NCBI GenBank assembly: GCA_050251875.1
Contig: JBFWMA010000002.1
Location: forward strand, 96,001-160,000
Source of the DNA: Deferribacterales bacterium
GTDB lineage: Bacteria; Chrysiogenota; Deferribacteres; Deferribacterales; Geovibrionaceae
DNA length: 64,000 bases
Reading direction: 5' to 3'
Shown: in pieces, positions 10,402-19,989 of the stretch
Position numbering within the stretch: position 1 is the stretch's first letter
How the letters are laid out: the number at the start of each line of letters is the position of its first letter
Made by a program: the position numbers and the translations under genes
Notes under the pieces: model-generated
What the model was told of the DNA's origin: nothing
The model's input: only the letters and a program-made list of their open reading frames with translations
Database searches by the model: none

Positions 10402-12593
10402 TGAAAACTGTAGCCATTGCCGGAAACCCGAACTGCGGTAAAACATCTCTTTTCAACAATATCACAGGGGCGAACTATCATGTTGCGAACTACCCTGGTG
10501 TTACTGTGGAAAAGAAAGAAGCGAAAGTAGTCCACAAAGGTCAGGAATTCAATGTAGTCGACCTCCCGGGGACTTACAGCCTCAGCCCTTATTCTCTGGA
10601 GGAAGTAGTCGCCAGAGATTTTGTGGTTCAGGAGAAACCGGATGTCATTGTAGACGTTCTGGACGCCTCCAACCTTGAGAGAAACATGTATATGCTGGTT
10701 CAGTTTATGGAGATGGGCGCACCCGTGCTCATAGCGCTGAACATGGTGGATGTCGCTAAAAAACGCAGCATCACAATAGATATTCCCGCTCTGTCTGAAA
10801 AGCTGGGCGTGAAGATAGTAGAGACTGTCGCCAGAGAAAACAAAGGAACAGACGGACTGATGGACGCTGTGGCGGAATTTTCTCCCGCTGACGGTCAGGC
10901 TGAGAGTTTCAGCATATCTTATGGACCCGATATAGACGAAGTGCTGATAGAGATGGAAGCGCTGGTTAAAGAGAAATCTTTTCTGACAGATATATATCTG
11001 CCCAGATGGACAGCGCTGAAATATCTGGAGCATGATGAGATAGTAATGAAAAAAGGCGAACTGGCGGGAGGCATCCACGAACAGCTCGTTGGATTCACCG
11101 ACAGGCTGAACGCCCACCTTAAATCCACACAGAGCACCACCGCAGAGAACCTGATAGCCGACTACCGCTACGGATACATCAGCTCAGTTCTGAAATCTGT
11201 TGTGAAGACGGCGGATTCTCCTCTGGACAGGCTTTATCTCAGCGACCGTATAGATCAGGTGCTTACGCATAAAATGCTCGGACCTGTTCTGATGCTCGCT
11301 TTTCTTTACGGAATATACGAGTTCACCTTCTGGGCGAGCGAATATCCTGTCGGCTGGCTGGAAACATTCTTCGGCTGGCTGGGCGGCGTTGCCGAGGCGA
11401 ATATGGCAGAGGGACTGCTGAAATCCCTTGTGATCTCCGGTATCATAGACGGAGTGGGCGGGGTTCTGGGCTTTGCGCCGCTGATCCTTTTTATGTTCTT
11501 TGCCATCGCTTTTCTTGAGGATTCAGGATACATGGCGAGAACAGCCTATATGCTGGACAGGGTATTCAGGATATTCGGGCTTCAGGGCAACTCGGTAGTG
11601 GCTTATATAGTTTCCGGCGGTATAGCCGGCGGATGCGCCGTTCCCGGTGTTATGGCGGCAAGAACCATCAAGGGCGAAAAAGAGAGACTTATAACTATTC
11701 TCACCGCTCCTTTCATGCCTTGCGGCGCTAAACTGCCTATTTACGCTCTTCTTATAGACGCGTTTTTTCAGACAAACAAAAGCGGCATCATGCTGGGCAT
11801 CACTGTTGTGAGCTGGCTGTTGGCGCTTATTATAGCCAGAATTCTGGGCACGTTCTTTGTAAAAGAAGACGCTTCCGCTTTCGTAATGGAGCTCCCTCCC
11901 TATAGAATGCCCACGCTGAAAGGTCTCACTATTCACGCTTGGGAGAGATGCTGGATGTACGTCAGAAAAGCCGGTACGGTTATTCTGGCTATCTCCATAC
12001 TCCTGTGGGTTCTGATGACGTTCCCTGGACTCAGCGATGAAAAAGTGAAATCTTTTGAACAGCAGAGAGAAACCGTAACATCTCAGTATGACGCTTCTGT
12101 GGTGGAAGAGGGCGACAGTGACGCGGAAGAGGTTTCCGAGCAGGCTCAGGCATATAGAGACGCTATGATGGCTGTGGACTCTGAAGAGGCCGGAGCATCG
12201 CTTTCCGGTTCTGTTGCCGGAGTTATCGGTCACACTTTCGAGCCTCTGACAAAGTTCGCCGGATTCGACTGGAGAGCCAACATCGCTCTGCTGGGCGGTA
12301 TAGCGGCTAAAGAGGTTCTGGTGTCCACTCTGGGTACCGCTTATTCTCTGGGCGAGGTGGATCCCGAGGATTCATCCACACTGTCCGAACAGCTTGTGGC
12401 GTCCGGATGGACAATGGCAAACGCTCTGTCTCTGCTGGTGTTTGTACTTCTCTATGCGCCGTGTTTCGTCACAGTGGTAGCTATCAGAAAAGAGACAGGC
12501 TCATGGAAATGGGCTTCCTTTACAGTATTCGGCTACACCGCTGTGGCTTTTGTGGCGGCTGTGGCTGTTTATCAGGCGGCCTTGTTGTTCTAG
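10401..12593 (+). CDS. feoB: Ferrous iron transport protein B
   Basis: GNPNCGKT, NYPGVTVE, DLPGTYSL, NMVD GTPase motifs; LEDSGYMAR and FVMELPPYRMP membrane motifs. Confidence 0.97.
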   Translation: MKTVAIAGNPNCGKTSLFNNITGANYHVANYPGVTVEKKEAKVVHKGQEFNVVDLPGTYSLSPYSLEEVVARDFVVQEKPDVIVDVLDASNLERNMYMLVQFMEMGAPVLIALNMVDVAKKRSITIDIPALSEKLGVKIVETVARENKGTDGLMDAVAEFSPADGQAESFSISYGPDIDEVLIEMEALVKEKSFLTDIYLPRWTALKYLEHDEIVMKKGELAGGIHEQLVGFTDRLNAHLKSTQSTTAENLIADYRYGYISSVLKSVVKTADSPLDRLYLSDRIDQVLTHKMLGPVLMLAFLYGIYEFTFWASEYPVGWLETFFGWLGGVAEANMAEGLLKSLVISGIIDGVGGVLGFAPLILFMFFAIAFLEDSGYMARTAYMLDRVFRIFGLQGNSVVAYIVSGGIAGGCAVPGVMAARTIKGEKERLITILTAPFMPCGAKLPIYALLIDAFFQTNKSGIMLGITVVSWLLALIIARILGTFFVKEDASAFVMELPPYRMPTLKGLTIHAWERCWMYVRKAGTVILAISILLWVLMTFPGLSDEKVKSFEQQRETVTSQYDASVVEEGDSDAEEVSEQAQAYRDAMMAVDSEEAGASLSGSVAGVIGHTFEPLTKFAGFDWRANIALLGGIAAKEVLVSTLGTAYSLGEVDPEDSSTLSEQLVASGWTMANALSLLVFVLLYAPCFVTVVAIRKETGSWKWASFTVFGYTAVAFVAAVAVYQAALLF

Positions 12594-12602
12594 GAGGTGT
12601 TT

Positions 12603-12758
12603 ATGATCTCTAACATAATTATGGCGCTGATAGTCGGCTGGGCGCTGGTTTACTCTGCGGTGAAAGTCCGGGAGTTCTTTGCCCAGGCGAAGTCAGGAAA
12701 AAACATGCAGTGTTCCTGTGCGGGCTGTCCCGGCGGGTGCAAAACAATAAGAAAATAA
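12603..12758 (+). CDS. FeoB-associated small Cys-rich membrane protein (51 aa)
   Basis: Not in the ORF track. MISNIIMALIVGWALVYSAVKVREFFAQAKSGKNMQCSCAGCPGGCKTIRK; AGGAGG RBS; one TM plus CxCxxCxxxC. Confidence 0.85.
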   Translation: MISNIIMALIVGWALVYSAVKVREFFAQAKSGKNMQCSCAGCPGGCKTIRK

Positions 12759-12783
12759 AAAAGGGGCTTTAAGCCCCTTTTTT
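12757..12783 (+). terminator. Terminator of feo operon
   Basis: AAAAAAGGGGCT-TTA-AGCCCCTTTTTT. Confidence 0.85.
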
Positions 12784-12968
12784 AAAGAAAAGTTCAAATC
12801 TTAAATATTTCTTAAATTGCTTATTTCTCTATTTTTAAATCACTGATAAATAATGTTAAAATCTGACATATTAAATGGGTTGAAAAGATTCTTACGATAT
12901 GTTTTGATTATATGTCGTCAATACACCATTTTTGGTAGTTTAAAAATAACGGAATAGGGGGTATTAAT

Positions 12969-13118
12969 ATGGCAGCTAAAACTTCACCAAAACTAAAAGT
13001 TTTTGCAAAAGTCATACACGGTGCAAACCGTGTCCCGCAATTGGCCGTTGACGGCAACATTTTTCCGGGCTTTGCCGCCAACGGCATTTTTTATGCCTTT
13101 ATAGGTCAAAATGTATAA
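12969..13118 (+). CDS. Possible 49-aa leader peptide overlapping the luxR start
   Basis: GGGGG RBS-like run then ATG; MAAKTSPKLKVFAKVIHGANRVPQLAVDGNIFPGFAANGIFYAFIGQNV; its stop overlaps luxR ATG (ATGTATAA). Confidence 0.35.
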   Translation: MAAKTSPKLKVFAKVIHGANRVPQLAVDGNIFPGFAANGIFYAFIGQNV

Positions 13119-13824
13119 TCTGAAAAGAAAAGAACTTCTGAACCTGATAAACTATTTCGAGAAACTAATTAACATCCGCTCCTATTCACGCTTTTGCGAA
13201 GCGATGATGGACATTAAGGGTCTGTTTCCTTTCGAGTTTGTCCATGTGGGCTCGGTCTCTTTTTCTGAAGACTGGTCTGCTCAGACTTTTTACACCAATG
13301 TATCTATAATGAACAACTGGTCTCTTTTTAAATATACCGCCTACAGCGAGGGCGATCCGGTGTGCAACATGGTTTCCGCCGGAAAAGGTCTCGTGTGGTG
13401 GGAACAGGTTCCAGATGTTATCAACGATATGGTTAACGGAATGGCTGGGGATTTTATGAGCGGATATACCTGCTCCAGAGTCTCTTCTGATAAAAGTAAG
13501 ACTGCGCTGATATCTTTCGGCGGGTCTCAGTTTGTTCAGACAGAGAGAACCGAACAGATAATCAAGCTCCTGTGTCCGCACGTCTCCGAGGCTTTTTTCA
13601 AGCTGTACGACATGAAGGATACCGCTCTGGAGATTCTCAGCGAAAAGGAGCTGAGAGTTCTCAGATGGCTGAAATCAGGCAAAACATCATGGGAGATATC
13701 CACGATCCTTGAGATTAGCGAAAATACCGTCAATTTTCATATCAAGAATATAAAGAGAAAGCTGAACGCTTCCAACAGACAGCACGCCGTGGCTATCGCC
13801 CTGGCGCATAATCTTATAACCTGA
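13111..13824 (+). CDS. LuxR-family regulator with autoinducer-binding-type N-domain (LuxR solo)
   Basis: W...Y...DPV...WW ligand-pocket pattern; C-terminal LSEKELRVLRWLKSGKTSWEISTILEISENTVNFHIKN HTH; no luxI nearby. Confidence 0.88.
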   Translation: MYNLKRKELLNLINYFEKLINIRSYSRFCEAMMDIKGLFPFEFVHVGSVSFSEDWSAQTFYTNVSIMNNWSLFKYTAYSEGDPVCNMVSAGKGLVWWEQVPDVINDMVNGMAGDFMSGYTCSRVSSDKSKTALISFGGSQFVQTERTEQIIKLLCPHVSEAFFKLYDMKDTALEILSEKELRVLRWLKSGKTSWEISTILEISENTVNFHIKNIKRKLNASNRQHAVAIALAHNLIT

Positions 13825-14974
13825 TCTGCTCTGTGACGTTTCCGTCATAAACGCATATTCTGTTTCTGCCTGCCTGCTTGGCGTTGTAAAGGGCGGAGTC
13901 TGTTTTTCTGAATGTGTTATTCACAGTTGTATTCATCGGCGGAACACCGCAGTAAAGCCCCACAGAAATGGTTACATGGGATGATATTTCGCTGGCGGAG
14001 TGCTCTATCTTCAGATCTTCCACTGCTTTTCTGATTTTTTCCAGCAGATTGAATGACTGCTCAGGGCTCATGTCCATTGTTATGACGGCGAACTCTTCAC
14101 CGCCTATCCGGCAGGCATAGTCGCCGGCTCTGTTCAGGTGTTTTTTAAGCGTGAGCGCCACACGGCGCAGAACCTTGTCGCCTTTCAGGTGACCGTAAGT
14201 GTCGTTATAGTTTTTGAAAAAGTCGATGTCTATTACAGCGAGCGTTATATCTGTGCCGTTTCTCTGAGCACGTCTCAGCTCGAAATCGAACATTCTGTTA
14301 AAATATCTTTTGTTATAAAGGCTGGTCAGCTCGTCTGTGATAGTCAGGTCTTCGACACGTTTCTTGTCTGTGATGTCTGTTCTGATGGCGGCGAAGCCTA
14401 TGATATTGTTTTTGCTGTCATATTTCGGCAGAACAGCTGCGTCTACCCAGTAGTAGGTGCCGTCTTTTTTCATATTCTTGATTTCGCCGTTCCATGTCCC
14501 GCCTTTCTGTATGGTTTTCCACATTTCCCTGAACGCTTCCGGTGGCATATCAGGGTGACGTACAATGTTGTGCGGCGCCCCTATCAGCTCGTCTCTGCTG
14601 TATTGGCTGATGTCGCAGAAAGCGGAGCTCGCCTTGGTTATGAAACCTTTGGTATCCGTCTCGGAGTATATGATGTACTTGTCGATGATGTCGTGGGTGT
14701 AGGTCAGCTCACCCAGAGCGTGGTTCAGCGATTCCTGATATTTTTTCACTCTGTTGGCGTACATCTTGAAACTGATATTCACTATGAAAACCGTTGTGAT
14801 TATGAACACCAGTCCGGATATAATCTCCAAAATTGTGTCTGTTGACGGGTGTTTATGGTGAATATTGTATATCAGCAGATACTTAACAGAAGTGAACAAA
14901 GCCAGAAGCGCAGCCAGAGTAACGGAAAGCCTGAATAATGTGCGGTTTTTTATGCTGTCTTGTGTATTTTGCAT
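13814..14974 (-). CDS. Membrane-anchored PAS diguanylate cyclase
   Basis: Two TM helices, Aer-like PAS (HNIVRHPDMP, WNGEIKNMKKDG), DIDFFKNYNDTYGH and RIGGEEF. Confidence 0.92.
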   Translation of the reverse strand: MQNTQDSIKNRTLFRLSVTLAALLALFTSVKYLLIYNIHHKHPSTDTILEIISGLVFIITTVFIVNISFKMYANRVKKYQESLNHALGELTYTHDIIDKYIIYSETDTKGFITKASSAFCDISQYSRDELIGAPHNIVRHPDMPPEAFREMWKTIQKGGTWNGEIKNMKKDGTYYWVDAAVLPKYDSKNNIIGFAAIRTDITDKKRVEDLTITDELTSLYNKRYFNRMFDFELRRAQRNGTDITLAVIDIDFFKNYNDTYGHLKGDKVLRRVALTLKKHLNRAGDYACRIGGEEFAVITMDMSPEQSFNLLEKIRKAVEDLKIEHSASEISSHVTISVGLYCGVPPMNTTVNNTFRKTDSALYNAKQAGRNRICVYDGNVTEQIRL

Positions 14975-15042
14975 ACCTGTATTTTACCACACAATGTATG
15001 ATAAATCAACATTAAAAGATAAGTTTGGTCTTATTATGAAGC

Positions 15043-15072
15043 CAAAAAAAAGCCGGAGATTAATCCGGCTTT
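15043..15072 (-). terminator. Terminator of downstream RRM gene
   Basis: AAAAAAAAGCCGGA-GATTAA-TCCGGCTTT on plus strand (T tract on minus). Confidence 0.75.
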
Positions 15073-15096
15073 CTGTATCAATATTCCGTCAGGAAA

Positions 15097-15411
15097 TTAA
15101 TATCTTTTAGCGCCGTAACCGCCGCCTCTTGTATTGCCTCTGTTAAAGCCGCCTCTGTTGCCGCCTTCTTCGCGGGGTTTAGCTTCGTTAACAGTGATGT
15201 TTCTGCCGCCGAATTCAGCGCCGTTAAGCTCTTCGATAGCTGCTTTAGCTTCGTTGTCGCTTGACATTTCTACGAAACCGAAGCCTTTTGAGCGTCCTGT
15301 TTCTCTGTCTGTGATGATGCGAGCTGAATCAACGCCGCCAAGGTTGTTGAAAAGAGCGAAAAGATCGTCTTCTGTTGTGGAATAGCTAAGATTTCCTACA
15401 TAAATGTTCAT
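15097..15411 (-). CDS. RNA-recognition-motif (RRM) RNA-binding protein with Gly-rich tail
   Basis: RNP2 IYVGNL, RNP1 KGFGFVEM, NEAKPR and RGG-rich tail. Confidence 0.95.
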   Translation of the reverse strand: MNIYVGNLSYSTTEDDLFALFNNLGGVDSARIITDRETGRSKGFGFVEMSSDNEAKAAIEELNGAEFGGRNITVNEAKPREEGGNRGGFNRGNTRGGGYGAKRY

Positions 15412-15675
15412 AATGAATCCTCATAAAATTATTTTGTCAAAACATACTCGGGAAAAACGGTGCGCAATGGACAGGATAATTAAACAGGATATGCGGAACG
15501 TATGAACAATTTTGCGGGGTATCTTTGAAATTCATAGACAACAGCAGGAAACTGATCAGGTTCTGGTTCAAAATCCGGGGTCAATTTGCTAACAACCTAA
15601 ACCGACATATCGGTCTGACATAGCTAACTATACAGTATAAAAATTAAATAGCAATAGAAAAGATTGAAATAAATA

Positions 15676-15702
15676 AAAAAAGCGGGTCATGGGACCCGCT
15701 TT
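15676..15702 (-). terminator. Terminator of upstream RRM gene
   Basis: AAAAAAGCGGGTC-ATGG-GACCCGCTTT. Confidence 0.75.
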
Positions 15703-15729
15703 ATGTTCAGCTTTGATAAATTTAAAAGA

Positions 15730-16032
15730 TTAATATCTTCTGTTTCCGCCGCCGAAACCGCCGCCTCTGGGGGCTCTGGGACCTTTGTCCTCTTTCGGTT
15801 TAGCTTCGTTAACAGTGATGTTTCTGCTGCCGAACTCTGTGCCGTTGAATTTTTCAATTGCGGCTTTTGCCTCTTCATCGTTAGGCATTTCTACGAAACC
15901 GAAGCCTTTTGAGCGTCCTGTTTCTCTGTCTTTGATGATGCGGGCAGAGTCAACTGCGCCCATGCCTGAGAAAAGATCAACGAGATCTTCCTCTTTTGTC
16001 TGATAGCTGATGTTTCCTACATAAATGTTCAT
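15730..16032 (-). CDS. RRM RNA-binding protein, paralog of 15097-15411
   Basis: MNIYVGNI...RSKGFGFVEM; start set at MNIYV by comparison with the paralog. Confidence 0.95.
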   Translation of the reverse strand: MNIYVGNISYQTKEEDLVDLFSGMGAVDSARIIKDRETGRSKGFGFVEMPNDEEAKAAIEKFNGTEFGSRNITVNEAKPKEDKGPRAPRGGGFGGGNRRY

Positions 16033-16229
16033 ATACAACCCTTTGACCCAATCGGTCAGATAATGTGATTGGATAGCATAGCTAAATCTGTACACAAATC
16101 AAGAGAAATTTTAAGGCAATAGCGGTTTTCAGATAAAAAAACGCATTTTCACATCTTTAACATTGAAATTTAGTTCTTAGCTGTTAATGTAGAATCTCAT
16201 CAGGGATATACTCCCGTCAGGAGAATCAG

Positions 16230-17300
16230 ATGTCTGAAAAGATTTGGGAACTTAAATGGATGGCGTGGGAAATCACTTCCAAGTGCAATCTGAAGTGTGT
16301 TCACTGCCGTTCCGCCTCGGGGATTCATTCCGCTGTGGGCGATTTCACACTGGATAAAGCGAGAAAATTTATAGATGACCTCACAGAGTGGGCGAGCCCC
16401 GTTGTGGTTCTCACAGGAGGCGAGCCTCTGATGCGTGAGGATGTTTTCGACATAGCGTCTTACGGCACGTCAAAGGGTCTGCGCATGGCTATGGCTACAA
16501 ACGGCACTCTGGTGAACGATGAGGTCTGCGAGAAGATGAAAGCGTCCGGCATCCGCATAGTGTCTCTGAGTCTGGACGGATCGACTCCGGCTGTGCATGA
16601 CGATTTCCGCCAGCAGGAAGGGTCTTTTCAGGCTGTTATGGACGCCGCCGCTTATTTCCGCAAGCACGGGATAAAGTTCATAATCAACTCTTCATTCGCC
16701 AAACGCAACCAGCACGATATCGTAAACACATATAAACTGGCGAAATCTCTTCAGCCCACCGCATGGTACATGTTTCTGATAGTGCCCACGGGCAGGGGAG
16801 AGGAGCTGATGAAAGAGCTCATCAGCAAAGAGGATTATGAGGACATTCTTAACTGGCACTATGACATGGAGAGAGAGGAGGAGGATATTCTCGTCCGTCC
16901 TACCTGCGCTCCGCAATACTATAGAATATGGCACGAGAGAAGCAAGGCGGAGGGGCTGGACAAAGACCGCAGAAGCCTCACATTCGGCACCGGCGGCGGC
17001 AAGGGATGTATCGCCGGACAGTCTATAGCTCTGGTTAATTCCAAAGGCGATGTTCTGCCCTGCTCATACTTCCCGGTGAACGCCGGAAACGTGTTCGAGA
17101 CCTCTTTCAAAGACATCTGGGACAATGCCAAGCTGATGAAAGATATGCGCAGTTTCAAGGACTATGAAGGAAAATGCGGCGTCTGCAAACACTTAGGCGT
17201 TTGCGGCGGATGCCGTGCCAGGTCATACGCCGTCACCGGCGACTATATGGCGGAGGAGCCTTTCTGCGATTATGTGCCCTCTAATTACCACTGTAAATAA
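16230..17300 (+). CDS. ahbD: Radical SAM/SPASM protein, heme b synthase AhbD/NirJ-like
   Basis: [55 protein letters not shown]...EEPFC. Confidence 0.7.
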   Translation: MSEKIWELKWMAWEITSKCNLKCVHCRSASGIHSAVGDFTLDKARKFIDDLTEWASPVVVLTGGEPLMREDVFDIASYGTSKGLRMAMATNGTLVNDEVCEKMKASGIRIVSLSLDGSTPAVHDDFRQQEGSFQAVMDAAAYFRKHGIKFIINSSFAKRNQHDIVNTYKLAKSLQPTAWYMFLIVPTGRGEELMKELISKEDYEDILNWHYDMEREEEDILVRPTCAPQYYRIWHERSKAEGLDKDRRSLTFGTGGGKGCIAGQSIALVNSKGDVLPCSYFPVNAGNVFETSFKDIWDNAKLMKDMRSFKDYEGKCGVCKHLGVCGGCRARSYAVTGDYMAEEPFCDYVPSNYHCK

Positions 17301-17432
17301 AAGATAAAAAAAGCCTTAATCAAAATAATTCCGCGGGTGTTTTAAAAATTGAAAAACACCCGCAAACCCTCTTCTGTTAATAATTTCAGCACAAGTTATA
17401 TTCCAATATACGGATAATCAACATTTAGCGCC

Positions 17433-17461
17433 TTGACATCATACAAATTATGTTTTAAAAT
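17433..17461 (+). promoter_or_regulatory. Sigma70-type promoter
   Basis: TTGACA-17 bp-TAAAAT upstream of the nitrilase gene. Confidence 0.7.
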
Positions 17462-17483
17462 CCGGAAGACTTAGGGGAGTCAT

Positions 17484-18272
17484 ATGAAAATTGTTTCTCT
17501 GCAGCTTCCTGTCAGGCTTTCCGATGTGGATGGAAATCTTGAACAGTTTAAAGATGCGCTGGCGCAACTGTCTGATGAGCAAGATACTATCGTTATCCTG
17601 CCGGAGATGTGGATGTGCGGGTTCGACTATGGGCGGCTGACAGAATTCTCCGAAAGGACAGATGATGTTCTAAAATCTATAGAGGGTATTATAAATGATA
17701 ATACGCTCGTCATTTCGGCACTCCCCGAAAGAAATCAGAACAAGGTTTTTAATACCGTATATGCCGTGAGCAAAAACGGTGTTCAGGCAAAGTATAGAAA
17801 AAGTTTTCTCTTCACACCCATGCGTGAGGATGAATACATAGACAAAGGAAACGCCGATCCGGTCGTTTTCGATTTTAAAGGTGTTAAGGTCGGTCTTCTG
17901 CTCTGCTACGAGATACGTTTTCCGGAGATGTTCCGGATGACAGCCTTCGCCGGAGCGGACATTATAGCCGTTCCAGCCATCTGGCCGCAGATGAAGAAAG
18001 ACCACTGGCTGACTCTGATGAAAGCCAGAGCCATAGAAAACCAGTGCTACATAGCCGGGTGCAACACCAGCGTTATGCACGGGAAAAAAGATATGCCTTG
18101 CGGTTTTTCCGCCGCTGTGGATCCCTGGGGCGAGTTTTTATACGAGCCCTCAGCGGAAGAGGGCATATACACCGCAGAGGCGGACGTCTCGGTGGTGAAT
18201 GACATCAGAACAAAGATCCCCAGCTTCTATGACGCTAAGGGATATTTTGATATTAAAGGCAAAACTAGTTGA
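17484..18272 (+). CDS. Carbon-nitrogen hydrolase (nitrilase/omega-amidase family)
   Basis: LPEMW, YRK, LLCYEIRFPE (E-K-C triad), ARAIENQCY. Confidence 0.92.
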   Translation: MKIVSLQLPVRLSDVDGNLEQFKDALAQLSDEQDTIVILPEMWMCGFDYGRLTEFSERTDDVLKSIEGIINDNTLVISALPERNQNKVFNTVYAVSKNGVQAKYRKSFLFTPMREDEYIDKGNADPVVFDFKGVKVGLLLCYEIRFPEMFRMTAFAGADIIAVPAIWPQMKKDHWLTLMKARAIENQCYIAGCNTSVMHGKKDMPCGFSAAVDPWGEFLYEPSAEEGIYTAEADVSVVNDIRTKIPSFYDAKGYFDIKGKTS

Positions 18273-18298
18273 TACTATACTCAAATATGGAGGAACAA

Positions 18299-19879
18299 AT
18301 GTCCGAATTAGAGTCACGCATCAGATGTAAGAGCCTTCTCAGCAAAGTTGTTAAAGTTGAGGAGACTCTCCAATATTTCAAAAACGGTATGAACCTCGGC
18401 TGGTCAGGATTTACTCCTGCCGGTTATCCCAAAGCTGTTCCGATCGCCCTTGCCGACTATGTAGAGGCTAACAACCTTCAAGGCAAGCTGAAATTCAACC
18501 TTTTCATCGGTGCTTCTGTCGGTGCTGAAACCGAAGACAGATGGGCATCACTCGACATGATAGACCGCAGATGGCCTTATCAGACAGGTAAAAACATCGC
18601 CAAAGGTATCAACGAAGGACGCATCAGAATGGGTGACAAACACCTTTCTCTTTTCGCTCAGGATCTTGGCTATGGATTCTACACAAAAGACACAGAGTCA
18701 GGCAAACTTGACCTTGCAATCATAGAAGTATCAGCCATCACAGAAGACGGCGGACTTGTTCCCACATCTTCTTGCGGTGTTATCCCCGAGATCCTGATGG
18801 TTTGCGACAAAATCATAGTTGAAGTAAACACAGGTCAGCCCTCTTTCGAAGGCATGCACGACATCATCGTTCCCGGAACACCCCCCAACAGACAAGTTTT
18901 CGACATCACAAAAGCTGACAGCCGCATCGGTACAACATTCTGTCCTTGCGACCCCAGCAAAATCATAGCTATCGTTGAGTCAAAACACCTTGATAAAGGT
19001 CGCGCGTTCTCTGAAATGGATGACACTTCAGAGGCTATCGCCGGACACATCATGGAATTCTTCCAGTATGAAGTTAAATGCGGAAGACTCCCCAAAAACC
19101 TGCTTCCCATCCAGTCAGGCGTTGGTTCAATCGCTAACGCTGTTGTGGGCGGTCTGGCTAAAGGACCCTTCAGCAACCTTACAGTTTTCACTGAAGTTCT
19201 TCAGGATACAATGCTTGATCTTTTCGATTCAGGCAAACTGGACGCGGCTTCTTCTTGCTCTCTGTCACTTTCAGAGAAAGAAGGCTTCCCCAGATTCTTC
19301 GCAAACAGAGAGAAATATGCTCCGAAGATCGTTCTTCGTCCTCTTTCAATCTCTAACGCACCCGAGCCCATCCGTCGTTTAGGCTGTATAGCCATGAACA
19401 CACCCGTTGAATTCGATATGTACGCTCACGCTAACTCCACACTGGTTGGCGGTACAAGAATGATCAACGGTCTCGGCGGTTCCGGAGACTTCCTGAGAAA
19501 CGGCTTCCTGAAAATCATGCATTGCCCCTCAGCTCGTCCCACAAAAACAGACCCCACAGGTATCACATGTGTAGTTCCTAAAGCTCCGCACATCGACCAC
19601 ACAGAGCACGACCTTGACGTGGTTGTTACAGAGCAGGGTCTGGCAGACCTTAGAGGTCTGGCTCCTAAAGACAGAGCTCAGAGAATCATCGACAAATGCG
19701 TACACCCTGACTATAAACCCATACTTCAGGACTACTTCGACCAAGCAAGCAAAATCTGTCTTGCTAAAGGTATCGGTCACGAGCCCCAGCTCTTCGACAG
19801 ATGCTTCAAAATGCAGATGAACCTTGCTAAAAACGGCACAATGAAAATCGACAACTGGGATGTGCCTGAAATCGTTTAA
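18299..19879 (+). CDS. Acetyl-CoA hydrolase/transferase, probably succinyl-CoA:acetate CoA-transferase
   Basis: SGFTPAGYPKAVP, PIQSGVGSIANAV, TEVLQD, NGLGGSGDF, DHTEHD, VTEQGLADLRGL; GGAGG before ATG 18299. Confidence 0.92.
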   Translation: MSELESRIRCKSLLSKVVKVEETLQYFKNGMNLGWSGFTPAGYPKAVPIALADYVEANNLQGKLKFNLFIGASVGAETEDRWASLDMIDRRWPYQTGKNIAKGINEGRIRMGDKHLSLFAQDLGYGFYTKDTESGKLDLAIIEVSAITEDGGLVPTSSCGVIPEILMVCDKIIVEVNTGQPSFEGMHDIIVPGTPPNRQVFDITKADSRIGTTFCPCDPSKIIAIVESKHLDKGRAFSEMDDTSEAIAGHIMEFFQYEVKCGRLPKNLLPIQSGVGSIANAVVGGLAKGPFSNLTVFTEVLQDTMLDLFDSGKLDAASSCSLSLSEKEGFPRFFANREKYAPKIVLRPLSISNAPEPIRRLGCIAMNTPVEFDMYAHANSTLVGGTRMINGLGGSGDFLRNGFLKIMHCPSARPTKTDPTGITCVVPKAPHIDHTEHDLDVVVTEQGLADLRGLAPKDRAQRIIDKCVHPDYKPILQDYFDQASKICLAKGIGHEPQLFDRCFKMQMNLAKNGTMKIDNWDVPEIV

Positions 19880-19901
19880 TCTTTAAAAGATTATAGATTA
19901 T

Positions 19902-19933
19902 AAAAAACCCGCTGTAACAGGCGGGTTTTTTTT
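19902..19933 (+). terminator. Rho-independent terminator
   Basis: AAAAAACCCGC-TGTAACAG-GCGGGTTTTTTTT. Confidence 0.85.
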
Positions 19934-19989
19934 ATTGATTGCATTAGACGGTGACTGCATATACTATGTGCAAAAAATAGGGGGCTGAC

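Noticed and set aside
12407..12613. 68-aa ORF at the end of feoB
   Set aside because: Out-of-frame overlap with feoB; the real small gene starts at 12603 with a strong RBS.
13010..13060. c-di-GMP-I riboswitch (GCAAACC...CGCAA resemblance)
   Set aside because: Lacks the GAAA-capped P2 closing into GGACGCAAAG and the P3 receptor; reported only as an unclassified structured leader.
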